This document shows positions 6,087 to 10,235 of a DNA stretch of 10,235 nucleotides, one piece after another (within the stretch, counting starts at the first letter, position 1; the number at the start of each line of letters is the position of its first letter). The translations under genes and the position numbers were made by a program. The DNA is from Candidatus Eiseniibacteriota bacterium (lineage in GTDB: Bacteria > Eisenbacteria > RBG-16-71-46). The notes under the pieces are model-generated. The model saw nothing but the letters and a program-made list of their open reading frames with translations. It ran no database searches and had not been told where the DNA came from. Where the stretch lies: NCBI GenBank assembly GCA_031366795.1, contig JANLOX010000228.1:1-10235 (forward strand), in the 5' to 3' direction.

Positions 6087-7709
6087 GTGAAGCGAATGAG
6101 CATCCTGTGTCGGCTGATGGTCGTCATCGTGGCGGCGGCGTGCATGGCCGCTCCTCCCGGCGCCGCGAAGACTCCCGAGGGGCCGGAGCGGATCACGGCA
6201 GGACCTGCGACCGTACAGGCTATTCCGAACAAGATGCATTACAGCGGCACGTTGACCGACCCAGTCACGGGCAATCCCGTGCCCAACGGCCCCTACTCCA
6301 TAACGTTCCGGATCTTCGACCCCGCGGCGAGCGAAGGCCCGCTGTGGACTGAGACGCAGACCGTGATCCTCCGCAAGGGGGTGTTCAATGTCCTGCTCGG
6401 CAGCAATATTGCACTGCCCGATGGTATCTTCGATGCGGGAACCCGGTACCTGGAGCTCCAAGTGGGCACGGACCCGCCGATGACCCCGCGGCTCGAGCTG
6501 GCGAAGGTGCCGACGGCGTTCCACTCCGATCGCGCTGCCCATGCGGGGAATTCCGACACGTCCAGTCACGCCGACCGGTCGTCCGCCACCGACAGCGTTT
6601 CTTGCATCGGTTGTGTAAGGAGCGTTCATCTCGCCGATGGGGGCGTCGCCGCGGCCGACCTGGCTAACGGGGCTGTGACGCTCGACAAGGTCAACACGAC
6701 CGGCGCGCTGACGGGCCAATCCCTCACCTTCAATGGCGCCCAGGCAGTGTGGCAGAACGCGGTTCCGTTTCGCCGCATCATCGTGGTGGGCCCAATCGGT
6801 ACCGCGTCCCAGAATGGCTCCGCCCTCCTCGCCGCGCTCGCCGGGATCACCGACGCCTCCGCGACCAACCCGTACCTGCTCAAGATCGAGCCGGGCGACT
6901 ACGACGTCGGCAGCACGAGGGTAACCATGAAGCCATTCGTGGACCTCGAGGGTTCCGGCGAACTCAGGACGCGGCTGTTCTCGGCCGCTCGGACCGTGTC
7001 GGGGGCGGATCAGGCGGAGTTGCGTTTCCTCACCATAGAGGGCGAGGCCAATGGGAACAGTGGGTACGAGGGGGTCATCGAGAACCCATTTCGGATGATC
7101 CACGTCACGGTGATCGCGAATCAGCTCGGTGGAAGCAGTCTGGGCTACGCCATTCGTTCCCTCGGGGTAAATTATCCGCTGAGCCTCAGCCAGGTCACAG
7201 TCCGGGCGGCGCGCTCAACCAGGGGCATCGGCCTGCTGGGCTTTATTCCGAAATCGCGAATCGATGGCTGCGCGATCACGACCGAGCAGCAGATCGGAAT
7301 TGAAATCTCCCCGGGTGATTCCATGGAAGTAACGGATACGGAAATCGTCGCCCAAAACCTCATCGGTACCGGTGCCATCCAAACCTCAGGCTGGTGCAGC
7401 ATTCGCAATTCACGGATCACGAGCTCGGGGAAGGCGATCGTGAATGTCAGCGTCAGCCCTTATGGCCCTGGCATCGTTACGATTACCGGCTCCGGGATCA
7501 GCGCGGGAACCGATGGGATCGAAACCAGTGGCGGCGACTTGCGTGTCTACTCCTCGCAGATCCGTTCCGTGGGGCTGCCCGTCCGAAGAATCTCGGGCAC
7601 GGCGTTGGTTGCCACCACCTTGATGGATGGAGGGCCGGTCGATCCGAACATCACATGCGCCGGCGTCTACGACGAGAACGGAGTCTTTTACCCGAACACC
7701 TGTCCGTAA
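6087..7709 (+). CDS. Secreted fibre/tailspike-like protein: N-terminal 'YxGxLTD…LWxETQ…GxFxVxLG…PR' domain, short LADGxV repeats, right-handed parallel beta-helix (540 aa)
   Basis: GGAGG SD at 6075-6079, 7 nt before GTG 6087, which removes the overlap of the 5841 ORF call with the upstream gene. Signal peptide KRMSILCRLMVVIVAAACMAAPPGAA. Stalk-like LADGGVAAADLANGAVTLDKV. Pectin-lyase-like cap NGSALLAALAGITDASATNPYLLKIEPGDYD…VDLEGSG, followed by I/V-x-x-S-x-I beta-helix rungs and a Cys-closed tail CAGVYDENGVFYPNTCP. Confidence 0.9.
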   Translation: MKRMSILCRLMVVIVAAACMAAPPGAAKTPEGPERITAGPATVQAIPNKMHYSGTLTDPVTGNPVPNGPYSITFRIFDPAASEGPLWTETQTVILRKGVFNVLLGSNIALPDGIFDAGTRYLELQVGTDPPMTPRLELAKVPTAFHSDRAAHAGNSDTSSHADRSSATDSVSCIGCVRSVHLADGGVAAADLANGAVTLDKVNTTGALTGQSLTFNGAQAVWQNAVPFRRIIVVGPIGTASQNGSALLAALAGITDASATNPYLLKIEPGDYDVGSTRVTMKPFVDLEGSGELRTRLFSAARTVSGADQAELRFLTIEGEANGNSGYEGVIENPFRMIHVTVIANQLGGSSLGYAIRSLGVNYPLSLSQVTVRAARSTRGIGLLGFIPKSRIDGCAITTEQQIGIEISPGDSMEVTDTEIVAQNLIGTGAIQTSGWCSIRNSRITSSGKAIVNVSVSPYGPGIVTITGSGISAGTDGIETSGGDLRVYSSQIRSVGLPVRRISGTALVATTLMDGGPVDPNITCAGVYDENGVFYPNTCP

Positions 7710-7881
7710 GTGATCGGCGCGCGCGGGGGCAGGATCGCCGCCGCGTTCCCCGGCGTCGCATTCGCGGCCGCCGACCCCGGTTCGCTGATGTCGCTGGCAA
7801 GCATCGCCGAGGCGTCGGGGTTCAGCGAGGTCGGTATTAGGGGATAGGCACCTGAATCGGCCTGGATGTTGAGGGCGAGGC

Positions 7882-10182
<2,301 letters not shown>

Positions 10183-10196
10183 CGAGGGAATGTACC
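10183..10196 (-). promoter_or_regulatory. -10 element (TACATT) 6 nt before the kinase ATG; probable leaderless promoter
   Basis: Minus strand reads ggTACATTccctcgATG. The TAnnnT hexamer would place the transcription start at or next to the A of ATG. Confidence 0.5.
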
Positions 10197-10235
10197 TCAG
10201 CGAGCGCTGATCGACCGGCCCCGAGACTGGCTACC

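Noticed and set aside
5823..7103. 426-aa minus-strand ORF
   Set aside because: Antisense shadow of the two plus-strand secreted-protein genes.

Overview
High-GC bacterial window. The protein repertoire (Hanks-type kinases starting MPLTxGxxLGPYEI, secreted proteins with FlgD-Ig/T9SS-like C-terminal domains) suggests an FCB-related lineage such as Ca. Eisenbacteria; this is inference only. At the left edge, on the minus strand, the first 36 nt of a tRNA-Arg gene (105->70) stop inside the anticodon (…GCGGT TT CC|). They are followed directly by GTGCG and a typical group II intron domain-I 5' end (69->1, continuing out of the window). This looks like a group II intron inserted at anticodon position 35/36 of a bacterial tRNA and is the most notable observation. 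The rest of the window holds: two paralogous Ser/Thr kinases (one membrane-anchored with a TolB/PD40 beta-propeller, one cytoplasmic with TolB-N-like + TPR domains), both apparently leaderless; a 63-aa small protein; a secreted Kelch-repeat gene broken by a TAG and a frameshift; and a sigma70-driven gene pair encoding a Gly/Ser-rich 'G.GFW' + FlgD-Ig-like protein and a secreted fibre/tailspike-like beta-helix protein.
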